Of a DNA stretch of 64,000 nt, positions 12,501 to 25,513 are shown piece after piece. Position 1 is the stretch's first letter, and every line of letters starts with the position of its first letter. The position numbers were made by a program, and so were the translations under genes. A model generated the notes under the pieces. It was given only the letters and a program-made list of their open reading frames with translations. It had not been told where the DNA came from and made no database searches. Origin of the DNA: Bugula neritina (taxonomy: Eukaryota; Animalia; Bryozoa); NCBI GenBank assembly GCA_964035545.1, contig OZ037771.1, positions 4,993,190 to 5,057,189 of the forward strand, read 5' to 3'.

Positions 12501-15500
12501 CCCGGTCAAACCACAGGCATTCGACCGCCTCAAAGATTGCCTGCTGGCGCCGCCCGTCTTGGCCTACCCAGATCCCGCTCTGGAGTATATCCTGGACACG
12601 GACCCCAGTGACCAGAATGTTGGCGCCGTGCTGTCACAGGTGCAGGAAGACTGAGAAGTAGTAGTAGCTTACTACAGCAAGTCTCTCTCATCCACTGAAC
12701 GAAATTACTGCACTACCCGAAAGGAGTTGCTGGCAGTAATCAAGTCAGTGATGCACTTCCGACCTTATCTGTAGGGCAGGATGTTCCGGCTGCGTACGGA
12801 TCATGCCTCATTGATTTGGTTGTTTAGGAGAGCAGAACCATCCAGTCAGGTTGCCCAGTGGCTCAAGATCCTGGCTGAGTTCTCCTACCAGATCGAACAT
12901 CGGCTGGGTAGGAGACACGGCAATACAGATGGGCTCAGCCGGCGGCCAGATAGAGGTTGTAAACAGTACCTCAACATCGAGAAGAGGAATGGATTTCCCC
13001 CTTGATCCAAGTTGAAGGCACTGGCCCACCAGGGAACAGAGTCAACTCAAGCCGACAGCTGACAAGCATTCGGAGACTGTGCAAAATCTCCGCGCCAACC
13101 CTGTTTTGTCCAATAACGTCCGGGAGCTGAGGAAGCTCCAAGAAGACCTCCCCGGAGTGGTGGCGGATGTGTATCGGGCCAAAAAGAAAGGGCGACGACC
13201 CAGCAAAGAACAACTAAGGCAGGGATGCGCTGAGTTCCGGCTATTTTGCGTTGGGACTTGCTGCAGATTGGGCAAGATGGTCTGCTGACCATTACTCTAG
13301 CCGCCAGCGGCAGACACCCCGAGAGGAAGAGGGTGGTCTGCCCGGCTGCCGTACGCCGTGAGCTAATTTGGGACGCCCACAAACAGGCTCACGCAGGAGT
13401 CTAGAGGGTGATCGCAAAACTACAACTCCGGTGGTACTGGCCCAGGATGGGCCGTGATGTCAGACTCAGAGTAAGACAGTGTGAGATCTGCCAAGCCAGC
13501 AAGCATGGTCGTCCACAGGATAGTTAAGGGCAACCTTTTAGCTGCAACTGCCTTGCTGAGGTTTGCATTGTAATCATATAAGAATTCAGTACCAGTAAAA
13601 TAAAATCTCACCTAATTGTGCTAGAGTCAAAATTTAAAAACTATGTTGTAGATCTTCTTTTTCTCCAGTGTAAGTTTTTTGGAAATTTCAATTTTCATTT
13701 TTTTTGCAAAGTTATAGACAAAAAACTGCCCAATTTTGGCCAATTTTGCCTGAAAAGCTGACTTTTCAGTACCAGTAAAATATCTCAGCAGCAAAGCATG
13801 ATATCTGAATAAAAATTGCACTGATGGAATCCTGAGATATTTCTCCAGTGCAAGTTTTTTTATTTTTCCAATAACTCTTCTAGATTGCCCATAAATTGGT
13901 GATTTATACACTGAAAATGCTATATTTTTTCATAAATAATTAGCAGCGCGCAGTACTTCACGCTTCAATGAGCACGTAGGGATGAGAACATATTGGCGCG
14001 TACAATTTAATTTACAGGCTTGCTAGCTGGCAGGCTATAATGAATAGCTTGATTTGTACTTTGTTTATGTAGCACCCATAATGGAATGTTGATAGATAAC
14101 GCAGCCCTAATGAAGGTTGCTGCTTATTGGTTGTAGTTTAATCTTAGGCTAAACAATCGCAAGTAGGCAACACGCATGCCACCCACAGAGCAATATTTTT
14201 CAAGAACCTAAACTACATTTTGAGAGAAATTTATAATATTCTTAGTAAGGATGCCCTTAACTATCCTGTGTCTCCCTGGCGGAGGTTATATGCAGGACGG
14301 CCATGGCAAGTAGTAGCTGTCGACCTGGTCAGACTCATGCCTCTGAGCCTTAGAGGCAACAGCTGGACTCTAGTATTAACCGACCACTTCACTAGGTAGG
14401 CCGACGCCCTGGCTATCCCAAATGCGTCGGCTCCAACAGTGGCCAGGGTGCTAGATCAACATGTATTCTGTTACTTCGGTCTTCCCAAACAAATACATTC
14501 CGACCAGGCTGCTCAGTTCCCTTCTCAACTGATGAGTGACCTCTGCCGCCTCTGGGGTGTAAATCAAAGCAGGACCACCCCTTACCACCAGCAAGGTAAC
14601 GGAGTGGTAGAGCGCAACAACCGAATGCTAGGAGATGCACTCCGGAGTCTGCTCCTCGAGCGTAGTCAGGAGGAATGGGATATGGTATTGCCGCAGGTCA
14701 TGCGCGCTTACCGCAGCACACCATACACCAGCACTGGTGAAACCCCCAACCTCCTGATGCTTGGTCAAGAGACTCGGGTCCCTGACCACCTTGCCTACCA
14801 TGTTCCCGAGCAAGATAGCTCAGTTCACGAGTATCCCAGTGAACTGGTAGAGCGGATGAGGGTCGCATACGAAATGCTGCGGGAAAGGCAGTGGCAGGTG
14901 TGGCATGAGGACTCCGATAGGCCACCCCCTCTATCAGACAGGAGATTGGGTGTGGATGGTCAATTACAGCCTAAGTTCGTGGGACCCTACGTGATAGTTG
15001 AGGTTATGCCCAACCATACCTACAAGATCAAGCGCTCAGGTCAGGTGTCTATCCAGAATGAGGCTCGCTTGAAGCCGTATTGGGCTAGCACGGACGCGGT
15101 GGGAGAAGCTCCCCCGTTGTTGGAACCAAGGAGGCAGACAACAACGTGCGGGCGACGGTGGCATAGACCTGAGTATGAGGTGGTCATGCTGCGGGAGGAG
15201 GACCTGGCAAGAGACGAGCGACCGTTTCCACCGACAGAAGTGCGTCCGCCGCCTCCAGCGCCAAGTCTGACGCCATCACTTCTGGAACTCGAGCCGGATC
15301 TGAAAGTGCAAACCCCCACAGAGGGAGGGGCTCCATCCGGAGAAATCAGAGAAGAAATAGTTACTAGGGAGCCGGAAGCTTCGCCAGTGGAACTTGATAG
15401 TTCACCGGTGAGTGCACCACCCCCTCTGGAACGAGGACAGCGTACTAGACAACCCCCAGCATATTTGAAAGATTTCGTATGTGACTGCGTTCAAAATGGC

Positions 15501-15734
15501 ACAAATGAAAGTCTAGCGGAAAACAGTACGGAAAAACCATCAGCAAATTGTGGGAGTTGTGAGCCCCACGTAAATATCAACTTTTACGAGGGCAGAGTAG
15601 TGGGCAGAATTAATGCACCCAGGGCAAAAAGTCCCAGTCACGTGCAGCAAACACGCTGCTCGGCCTTTTTCTACGCTGACATCACTAAAGGCAGACGTGT
15701 TCTCCAAGCTCATACACATATACTTGAACGGTGA
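9591..15734 (+). pseudogene. gag-pol of element B, many stops and frameshifts
   Basis: Fragments align with A and C pol; CCHC knuckle remnant 10393-10434; integrase interrupted at 13514-14270. Confidence 0.93.
13514..14270. mobile_element. Non-autonomous DNA transposon (757 bp), CMC/EnSpm-like
   Basis: Perfect 19-bp TIR CACAGGATAGTTAAGGGCA; 2-bp TSD TC; AT-rich insert absent from the homologous integrase of A and C. Confidence 0.9.
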
Positions 15735-15736
15735 GT

Positions 15737-16885
15737 ATGTCTCTAAATACCGAGTTCCTAGGTAAGCCTGCCTAGATCTAGTATTCCTATCTATAGAAAC
15801 AGGTCTGTTACCAGTTAATTCTGAATTAATTAATCTAATTGAGTCAGAGTTACTGGAAACCGTGTCTAATGTGAATGACGACGAGGATAAGTAATGGCCG
15901 ACGATCTTTTAGAACTAGAGCTAGACGCTATCATTCTTAGTCAGTCTACACGTATGAACACGGTTTCTCGGGTGCCTTATAAAAGCATTTGTGACCCTCA
16001 GACTAGTAACAGTCGATCGTCACTAGAATTATGTTGTAAAGGTCAATCTCGATCTAGCAATAATTCTACTCTTTTAGACGACACTCGTTCCCCCACTTCT
16101 CCGGGGATGCCATCTCTAGAGATGGCGTGGGATCCTGAGCTCAAACTACCTACTCAATCCAATTGTACACTGCCGTACGCACTAGAATCCAAGTCGTGCT
16201 GGACGACGCCAGCAACAGAGAAAGAGATCCTTCAATACCGGGGTGACGAGGATAGGACAACATGTCGGCTCTGTCAGCAGCACTTCACAACCCACGACAG
16301 ATTGCGGGTACATCTCCCGCAACACTTTGTTACCACCTTTTGTCCCTGTGAGGAGTTCAGCTACTACAGGGACTACATACTCCATTACCAAAGGACGATG
16401 AACTGTTTTCAGGAGAATTTATATGATGTAGATGAGGCATCCTATCCTGAGTTCTTCAGCCTGATACAGCCTTTCGTTTCCGATCCAGCTCGACTCGAGC
16501 GTCTCTCCCAGGAATTTCTCGCTCCTTGACCCATCACCCCTGGCCCTATCACACAACCCCCCCGGATACCGAAAGCCAAGCGTGAAAAGCTCTCCAACTA
16601 AGCCTATACCCCCACCCAAGTCCCTTCTTCGAGTACTACTACAACGCATCGGAACGAAACCCTACAAACTCTCCTCCTCTCCTCCTACTTCTGTAGACCG
16701 TAAGCGACGGTGGCAACCCTCCTCCTCCCCGCCATTTATCTCTGGCTCGTAACTTGCGGGAAGTGGAGCTCCGGACTAGTGAGCTGGAACGCGAGGTACA
16801 TCGGCTTGCTCCTAGAATCTTAGATGCAGCGAGTGAGTTGCGGTCCCTGAAGGAGTCAATTGCTCAGCTCAAACAGGCTGCTTAA
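15737..16885 (+). pseudogene. ORF3 of element B (zinc finger plus coiled coil), disrupted
   Basis: Micro-exon 15737-15761 then GTAAG; acceptors end at 15814 and 16077; CRLCQQHFTTHDRLRVHLPQH; ends ...LARNLREVELRTSELEREVHRLAPRILDAASELRSLKESIAQLKQAA*. Confidence 0.8.
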
Positions 16886-17040
16886 GAATAGAACTGTGTC
16901 TTCTATCCTGCCCTAAGTAACATTCCGATCTGTGTGACGTTCCCCGTCAGTGGCGCCTCTCTTCTGTGTGACCTATCTCGTCCCCCCCAAGACAATCTGA
17001 TGACTAGTAAGCGGTACAGGAGTATAATCGTATGCACATG

Positions 17041-19617
17041 CACAGTTGGTTTAAGGTCATACTTTTCATTTTCTGGCTCTTTGCCAGGTGCTTTATGTTC
17101 TATATGAACAATGTTCCGCTGATAGCTCGAACAGGTTGAATGTCACAGGAACAAAAAAAATATAAAAAGATAAAGAAACTTATGTTCTCCAATATACTTT
17201 TTTATTTTTTTCAAAAGCCAATTCATGTTTAAGTTATAGCTTGTTGAAAAACATAGTCCCCCTTCCACATTCTTTTCAATTTATACGCTCCTGACTTGTT
17301 ATTGCGTCTCAATATGCCTTGTATTTGAGTGCTTGTTAGTCTCGCTTCACTAACTTTGCCTATACTTCACAAGTGCCAGTGCTGCTGGCTCAAAAGCTAA
17401 ATGTTATAAACTGTCAGCTAAAACCCAATCTTGTATTCCTAGGTTGGTTGGCCTAAATAAAACAATAGTCAAATCATGATTTCATGTTTTAAAAATTTAC
17501 TCTATTCTAACCTGCTGCCTAGCTAGTTCTATTTTTGATGTATAATTACAAAATTTGTGATACATTTTTTTGGCAACCATGTAATTTATAAAATGCAGTA
17601 ATGGTACTTATAATATTATATTATTATCATTATAATATATTATATAGTATTATGTGTGTTTTTATTATCCTGCATAATATCTAATTTATTATTGTTGTTG
17701 TGCAAACGAGTGCAATTAACCTAGTTTTCAAAATGTACCTCTAAATTATCAGAATATCAGTTTAGATATTTTCATGCTTTGTAAGGTAAACCTAAAAAAA
17801 GAGGCTGTATTCCCAAAGTAAAGGGTGTTGAACTATGAACTATATTAGATTAGCCACTCTGCTACCAAGTGCATCAGTATAATATTATATAAATAGCTCT
17901 GATGCTTTGTCTCCGGTGGCTGGCTGCGATATGATAACTTGGCCAACTTCCAAGAGTTTAAAATTGGCGCAATTATTCAAGAGGTTACATACTGCACAGA
18001 GCTAGCAGTGATAGTAACCTTGCTATTGGCAGTACTTATTACAACTGCCAGCATATAAGCTGCATTGTAGAATGCCGTTGGGGCAGGCTAGTAAAACCAA
18101 ATTCTGCTCTCTAATATACCTTAGACAAAATGCAGCAACATAATTTTTAGTTTCAAATTACATTTGCCACCCTTACATGAGCTGTGGGCTTCATAAAGAT
18201 TCATATGATTAGAGATTTATGCTATAGGCCCTATCTGTGCTAGTGTATGATGAAAATAACACACCATTGTCAAAGTTAACTTCAAGTATGTTGTTTTCCA
18301 GAAACTCAGTAATGTCCATTTATCTCTCGCATACAAATACTTATGTAATACCATACAGTTTAAGTTTTATTTTAGAGCACATCTGCAAACTCTACAATAA
18401 GAGCTTGCTTTACCAGTCTATTTCAGACCTGTTTTTGTAGCTAGTAATACGCAAGCTACTTATTTTTAAACTTTTGGGTTATTTGTTCAAAACCATTAGC
18501 TTTGCTAGTAACCCGAGACTATTGCAACAGTTGACTGCTATCAACATGAATTGACAGCCTAATAATTATAACCCTTTTGCGCGCGAAATATTTATGTAAT
18601 GATAGTTACTCATATAGTGCGCGTCTTATTAACGATGACTGCGTGGTCTAGAGGTTAGAGGCGTCAGCGAGGAGTTAGTTGGTTATGGTTCAACCCTGTT
18701 TTGTCGCAATTTTTTTTGTGTCAACTTATGCAAATCCTACGCATGTATAATAAATATGGCTATAATTGTAAAGTTTTTTTTAACTTTTGTTCAACAGTAA
18801 GACAACATACATGCATAATAATTAGATACTGAACACTGGACTAAACCTTAAATTGATCTTATAGAATACAATGTACTTAAAATAATCATATGTGAATTAG
18901 AGAAACTGAAAGTACACCTGCTGCTCTATAGACAGACCTTTACTGACAAGACTGCAAAGTGAAGTGATTTAGCTGAAATTAACTCTGCCAAACAAACAAA
19001 GAATTATGTTGTGCTGAGGCATTTTCAATATATTATTGTAACATAGTGAGATGATTCAGCTAAGTGCTAATGTAAAACAGGGAACATTATATTGGCAGAA
19101 ATCCAATATACTGCCAATTTGTGCGAGAGGGTACTATATGTTATTGTGATAGCGCAGAGCGGCAAACGTACTAGGAATGTTATAATTAGTCACAGGAGCG
19201 TAGCTAGAACCACCATATGAAGAATTTAGAAAATTGCAGTGAAACTTGCAAAATGGTGTATGTTTTTACCAAATTGTGAAGAGCATAAACAGAATTTCAA
19301 AAATCAAAGAAAGTATATTAAAGAAAACATATCAAGGAATGTCAAGTTTAACTTTTATACTTTATAAAATGAATCCCCTGTGCTACAGCAGTGGAACATG
19401 GAGGGTGTAAAATTTTACTTATTATGCAACAACTTTCTCAAAAAAAATTTTATTGAAAAATTAAAAAAGTATATGAAAGAGGAATGCAAGAGCTATCTTT
19501 TCATGTAAAATTTGTTAATGTGAGACAAAAACTGTTCGAGCTATCCCCTGGAAACCGTTTATATATAACATAAAGCAGTGCCTGAATCTGGAAAGTAATG
19601 ACCTTAAACCAACTGTG
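17041..19617. mobile_element. Non-autonomous DNA transposon (about 2.6 kb), CMC/EnSpm-like
   Basis: 20-bp TIR CACAGTTGGTTTAAGGTCAT with imperfect extension to about 90 bp; 2-bp TSD TG; accounts for the oversized 3' region of B. Confidence 0.88.
18637..18698 (+). other. tRNA-like (Pol III A/B box) remnant, possible SINE head
   Basis: TGGTCTAGAGGTTAG (A-box-like) and GGTTCAACCC (B-box-like) at tRNA-like spacing; no complete cloverleaf. Confidence 0.35.
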
Positions 19618-20850
19618 TGGTGTAAATATAGACAATTGCCCACACGGTTCTTTTACATATACATATATCTGTCTTAGATCTGTGGATGTTCTTTATATAT
19701 ATATATGTATATATACAAATTTTGGATCAAATATTTTGCGAGTTTTATTCTATTATATTTTTCTTATGTGTGTATCAAATGTTTTTTTTGTGTAGTACGC
19801 TTCTCCTCCACTATAAATTTTAGCAGGAAGTAGGCTCCCTGCTGGAGGGGGCGGCGTAGTGGCTAGTGAAGCGTACTGATCGTACACGTGCATAATAGCC
19901 AATAATGTTGAAGCACGTGACTACCCCCTGCGGAGCAGAATGCTTCTGGAGGATGATATAGTTAGTTAGTTAGGAGTAGTGCGATGATCGAGATAGTGGA
20001 TTAAAATAGACTGTAAACGCATTGTGAACGTTGGATGTATCTTTCTGTTTTATTTGTATATATATAATTAAATATAGTTCTTTTATCACGTTATCTTCTG
20101 AGTAATCCTTGAAACCATCAACCAAACAAGAGCATAGTTGCACACACAGAATTCACCCTAACTATTATAATTGACAATTATAACAATATTCCTAGTGCAG
20201 AAATTTTGACTCAGGATTGATGGTAACTGCTGCTAGAATTATATGCTTACTAATAAGTAGTAGCCAAAAAGGTTTTAATTGTAGCTAATATACTATCTTT
20301 AGGAGGCAAAAGGTAATTATGTGCTAGCAAACATAATTTTATTATTATATTTATAACTTCAATTTACCTGCAGTTTAAACCAAACTATATAGGCCTAGTC
20401 AATATTGCAGAACAATACCAATAATGTCATTCAAAACATTGAATGCTGGAGTAATTTATAACAGGTGCACTATTTTCTTGAAAATATGTAACACTGGTAT
20501 TGTTGCATATTGCATATATAAAATGTTGTCTTGTCATCAGAATCGGACAATTTTGTTTATATTGACTCAGTTCCTAAAAAAGTCCTTCTATCTAAATATT
20601 AGAGGACCTGTCAACGCCTGCCAACTTTTAAAAAGACTACATTCGTCACCAAACCTGTTGATGATATGCTGAATAAGCTTTGTCTTTGTTTGTAAAGGTT
20701 TATACTTTATACTATGTTATTCGTGTTATTAATAATAGTCAGTTTGTGCTTTTAGATTGATCCAGAGTGGACCTTTAATATCTTGAGCAATAAACTATCT
20801 TAAACTCTTTGACCGGTCTCTGAATCTATAAAGCAAACATAGCATAAACA

Positions 20851-20867
20851 TGGTGCCCCGAGTGAGG
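20851..20867 (+). promoter_or_regulatory. Primer-binding site, elongator tRNA-Met type (element D)
   Basis: TGGTGCCCCGAGTGAGG, about one mismatch from the complement of the elongator tRNA-Met 3' end. Confidence 0.7.
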
Positions 20868-20960
20868 ACTTGAAGAAACTAAAAGTAAAAGTGTTTGCTG
20901 GAAAGAGAGACAACAAACAATACAACTAAATCAAAAACAACAAAAAATCACAATATCAAG

Positions 20961-23900
20961 ATGAGTATCAGTGTTGACTTTTTAGCCCCCAAGCCTATTC
21001 AAGATGGCTCTGACTTGTCCAACCAGTGGACGAGATTTAAAGAAAAATTTGAGCTATTCCTCACAGCAGCTGAGAAAGAAAATTCTAATGATAAAGTCAA
21101 AGTAGCCATTATGTTAAGATGCATAGGCCCAAGAGGCAACGACATATTCAAAACATTTACTTTCTCAGATGGTAAATCAAAAGAAGTCTATGCTGATGTT
21201 GTGGAGAAGTTTGATGCTTTTTGTCAACGAGGCACTAATAAAGTAGTAAAAAGACATCAACTGTTATCAACCAAGCAGAATACCATGAACATTGATGAAT
21301 ATGTTACTTCGCTTCACAAAATCGCTCGAGAGTGTCAACTGGACACAATGTATGACGATTTCATGCTTCAAGCTTTACTCCTGGGCATCAACGATGCCCA
21401 ACTAAGAAGGAAGCTATTTGATGATGCCAGCGGGGATACTGGCTTAGGACTAGAAGAAGCTATAAAGAAATGTCGTATTGCTGAGAATTCAAGGAATGAC
21501 ATGGCTGCAATCCAGTCTGAAGAATCAGTGCAGTTCATCGGTTCCAGAAAGAAACCTAATAAGCCAAGCAAAGATGATGATGATAATGCAGTAAGGTCCA
21601 CTCGAACAGGAAACTTCTCAAAAGGAAGTTGTGGCAACTGTGGGCAGTCTCACCCTCCCAGAAAGTGTCCTGCATACGGTCACCAGTGACATAACTGCAA
21701 AAAGTATAACCATTGGAAATCTCAATGTCGCTCAAAAAAGCAAGTAAACATGGTAGAAAAAGACAGTGATGGCTCAAGTGAATTGTTGTTGAGCGTACAG
21801 GTAGTCAGAAAGAACAAAAAGTTGATGACAACTATAAGAGCCAGTGTGAATGATAGTCACAAACCGACACAGTTTCAGATTGACACAGGAGCATCCTGTA
21901 ACATTCTCGATCACAAAGATTTTGTTGATCTCGGTAAGCCAAAGCTTGACAACAACCAGACAAGGCTAAAGCAGTTGGATGGTTCTATCACTCGAGCATT
22001 AGGAGGATGCGAACTGGAAGTAGCTGGAGAGAAGCTGTATTTTCTGGTGCACAAGACACGAAATCACAGCCTTCTATCTGGTGAGGCCGCTCTTCAGCTC
22101 GGCTTGATAACCATCAAAGAGGAGTGGGTTAACCTAGTAAGCAATGCCAGCCTAGATGACATTCTCGGAAGCTACCCAGAGGTTTTTGAAGGTATTGGAT
22201 ATTTGCCTGGGGAATACCATATTGAAATAGATGATAGGGCTATCCCAAGACAAAGTCACAACAGAAAGACGCCTCTCTCGATGGTAGCTGATCTCAAACA
22301 AAAATTGCAGTCATACACCCAGAAAGGTATCTTAAGTCCAGTAGACTATCCAACAGCTTGGATAAACAATCATGTGGCTGTGAGAAAACCCAATGGCACA
22401 CTGAGAGTATGTTTAGACTCAAGCAACCTAAACCAAGTGATTCAAAGAAATCATTTTCCAATGCCGACGCTGGACGATGTGCTTAGCGAGCTGGATGGTG
22501 CTCGAGTATTCTCATTGTGTGATGCCAAGGACGGCTTTTTGCAGATAAAACTCAGCAAAAAGTCCAGTGATTTAACTACGTTCTGGACGCCATTTGGCAA
22601 ATACAAATGGCTGAGGATGCCTTTTGGGTTGTCCTCAAGTCCTGAAGAGTTCCAGAGGAGACTCTCAGATGCACTTAGCGGTCTCGACGGAGTAACTGTA
22701 GTAGCAGACGACATCCTAATTTATGGGAAAGGAGCTACTCAAGCGGAAGCAGTGCAAGACCATAACCAAAAGCTCGAAAAACTTTTAGCAAGAGCACGTA
22801 GGGTTAATCTCAAGCTAAACAAAGAAAAATGTAAGTTTCTTCTAGAAGAGCTACCTTATATTGGTCATTTGATAACAAAAGATGGAGTGAAGCCCGATCC
22901 TAATAAAATCCGAGCCATAACGGACATGAAGCCCCCTGTCAACAGTGAAGAAATACAGAGGTTTCTTGGTCATGTGAACTGCCTATCAAAGTTCATACCT
23001 CACTGCTCTGCTGAATGTGAACCACTAAGACGGCTGATTGGTGTAAGCAAGAAAGAGTTTGTCTGGGGCCAAGATCAAAAGAGAGCGTTTGAGGAGAATA
23101 AAAAACTCATCACGAAAACTTCTTCACTCAAATACTTCAACATGAACCAACCAGTAGTTGTACAGACTGATGCAAGTCTAGAAGGGCTCGGAGCTGTACT
23201 TTGACAAGAGGGGCAACCAGTAAGCTATGGCTCTAGAAGTTTGACAGATAGTGAGAAAAACTATGCACCTATTGAACTAGAACTTCTGGCCATCGTCTAT
23301 GGGATGCAGAAATACGATCAGTACGTTTTTGGAAACCCATATGTAACTGTACACACGGATCACCACTCTTTATAGAAACAATATTTAAGAAGCCTCCGAA
23401 CAAAGCGCCTAAACGCCTGCAATCAATGCTATTGGCTCTGCAAAGATACCAAATTAAAGTGCACTACAAACCTGGTTCTGAACAAGTTACAGCAGACATG
23501 CTGTCTCGCGCTCCTGTTGGTGAACCCCAGAACAATACATCAGAAGAACAGATTTTCACAGTTATTCAATTGAAGTCATTTATGTCTGACCTAAGCGAAA
23601 CGGGTCTGAAGCAAGACCTGTCAGTGTCAGAAGTGACCTATAAACTGATCCAACAGCATACGGGTAATGATCCAGTAATGGTGCAGCTGCAATCTCTGAT
23701 AACCTCAGGATGGCCTAACAAATTATTTCAACTGCCAGAAGAGGTGAAGCCGTACTATTCATACAAAGATGAACTTGCAGTACTAGATGGGATTATTTAT
23801 AAAGGATCTAGACTGGTTGTGCCCATAGCTGCCAGAGGTGAAATACTCAACAAGCTTCACACTAGCCATCAAGGAACAGCTGCCACTATCAGAAGAGCTC

Positions 23901-24946
23901 GCAATGCGGTATTCTGGCCTCAAATGGCTGAGGACATTCGAATGAAAACTGACAAGTGTGTCACATGTGCAATGGATGCACCTTTACAACAGCATGAGTC
24001 TCTGCAAAACCATGACATACCAGACTTACCTTGGAGTAAAGTAGGCATGGACATACTAACCTATAAGCATAAGGATTATTTGATGCTGGTAGATTATTAC
24101 TCTGACTTCTTTGAATATGAACCTTTATCTGATACACAATCTAGAGCAGTAATCAAGGCTTGCAAGAAAACTTTCGCAAGGTATGGGATCCCTCACCAGC
24201 TTCAATCAGACAATGGACCACAATTCACCTCGGCCGACTTTGCTCGATTTAGCACTGAATGGGGTTTCAGCCATACAACCTCATCTCCGGGACATCAGCA
24301 GTCGAATGGGAAGGCAGAAGTAGCAGTTAAAATAATCAAAGGGCTGATGAAGAGAGCAGAAGACCCATATTTGGCTCTGCTAGAGTATCGAAATACCCCG
24401 ACTGCAGGGATGACCTCATCACCAGCTCAGAAGATGTTTGGGCATTCCACGAGGTCTATTCTTCCTACAGGTGACATGCCAAAGAACAATGTCTTACAGC
24501 AAAAAGCTAACAAGAGAAAAGTGGTACAGAGCAGCTACAATAAATCAGCTAAAGATTTGACAAAGTTGGCTATTGGCTCGCCAGTGCTGCTGAGAGATTT
24601 TGTGTCACAAAAGACTAGATGGCAGCAGGGCAGAGTGGTTGAACAGCTGTCGGACCGATCATACCTTGTCTCAAACAAAGACACAGACATGGCTGTGAGG
24701 CGAAACAGGGCCAATTTGCGCCCTCTGAGTGATGTGGGAGCTAGTCAGCCATTGACTACAGTTGAAATACCAACAAACGCCAATGACCCAGTATCCAGTC
24801 ATTCTGTTCCAGACGCACAGATTCAATCAGCCGCAACAGCAATTCCTACAGAAGTGAATACAAACCCTGGTCCAGCCCCAGTTAGATGGCAACGATCAAG
24901 ACAAACAAAAACCCCAGCTAAATATGAACAATACGAACTATACTAG
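20961..24946 (+). pseudogene. Single gag-pol ORF of element D with two stops and a frameshift
   Basis: Double Zn knuckle (stop 21687-21689 inside the second); IDTGA protease; VADD RT; TDAS RNase H; HHCC and SDNGPQF integrase. Confidence 0.93.
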
Positions 24947-25513
24947 ATAATTATACTTAATCTGAACGAAGGCAATCGGACAATAAACTCTTGAAAAAAA
25001 AATCATTTAAATAGCCCGAACCCAGAAAATAATATAATGTACTTTAAATTAACAAGGGAGACAATCTTGTAATAACATGCTAATCTGCTATAGACTATTA
25101 ATAACAAAATCGTATTACTTGTTCATGTATCAATTCTTAATTTTTTGTTAAGTTTTTTTCATTTGTTTGTTCAACTGTGGTGGCTCGTAGAGCTACCAGC
25201 AACACAATACGCAAGGTTGCGTATTGACCCGGAACGATGTACTAGCCAATTAGCTAAGCTGCTTATGAGTAATAGTAGCAGCTTCGCGCTACTAGCTCAG
25301 TTGAGGATAGTGCTGTAAATTAAATAGACGTGCGTATTATTAACTGTTGTATATTAGATTTTATTATGTATTCTTGTATTCAAATATAACGATATCTACT
25401 CGACTTATCTCGGTGAAGTTCCTCTAATAATAAATGACTCTCTTGGTTGCACATCGACCCTAAATCTGAAAATCAGAACAGTGGTGGCAGCGGTGGGATA
25501 GTGTTCATCAAAG

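Larger units (their letters stand above)
9195..20185 (+). mobile_element. Gypsy LTR retrotransposon B, degenerate, with two nested DNA transposons
   Basis: LTRs 9195-9526 and 19855-20185; TSD ATAT (9191-9194, 20186-20189); Leu-type PBS; PPT-like CCTGCTGGAGGGGGCGG. Confidence 0.95.

Noticed and set aside
18637-18698. Functional tRNA gene
   Set aside because: Acceptor and anticodon stems do not close; kept only as a low-confidence remnant
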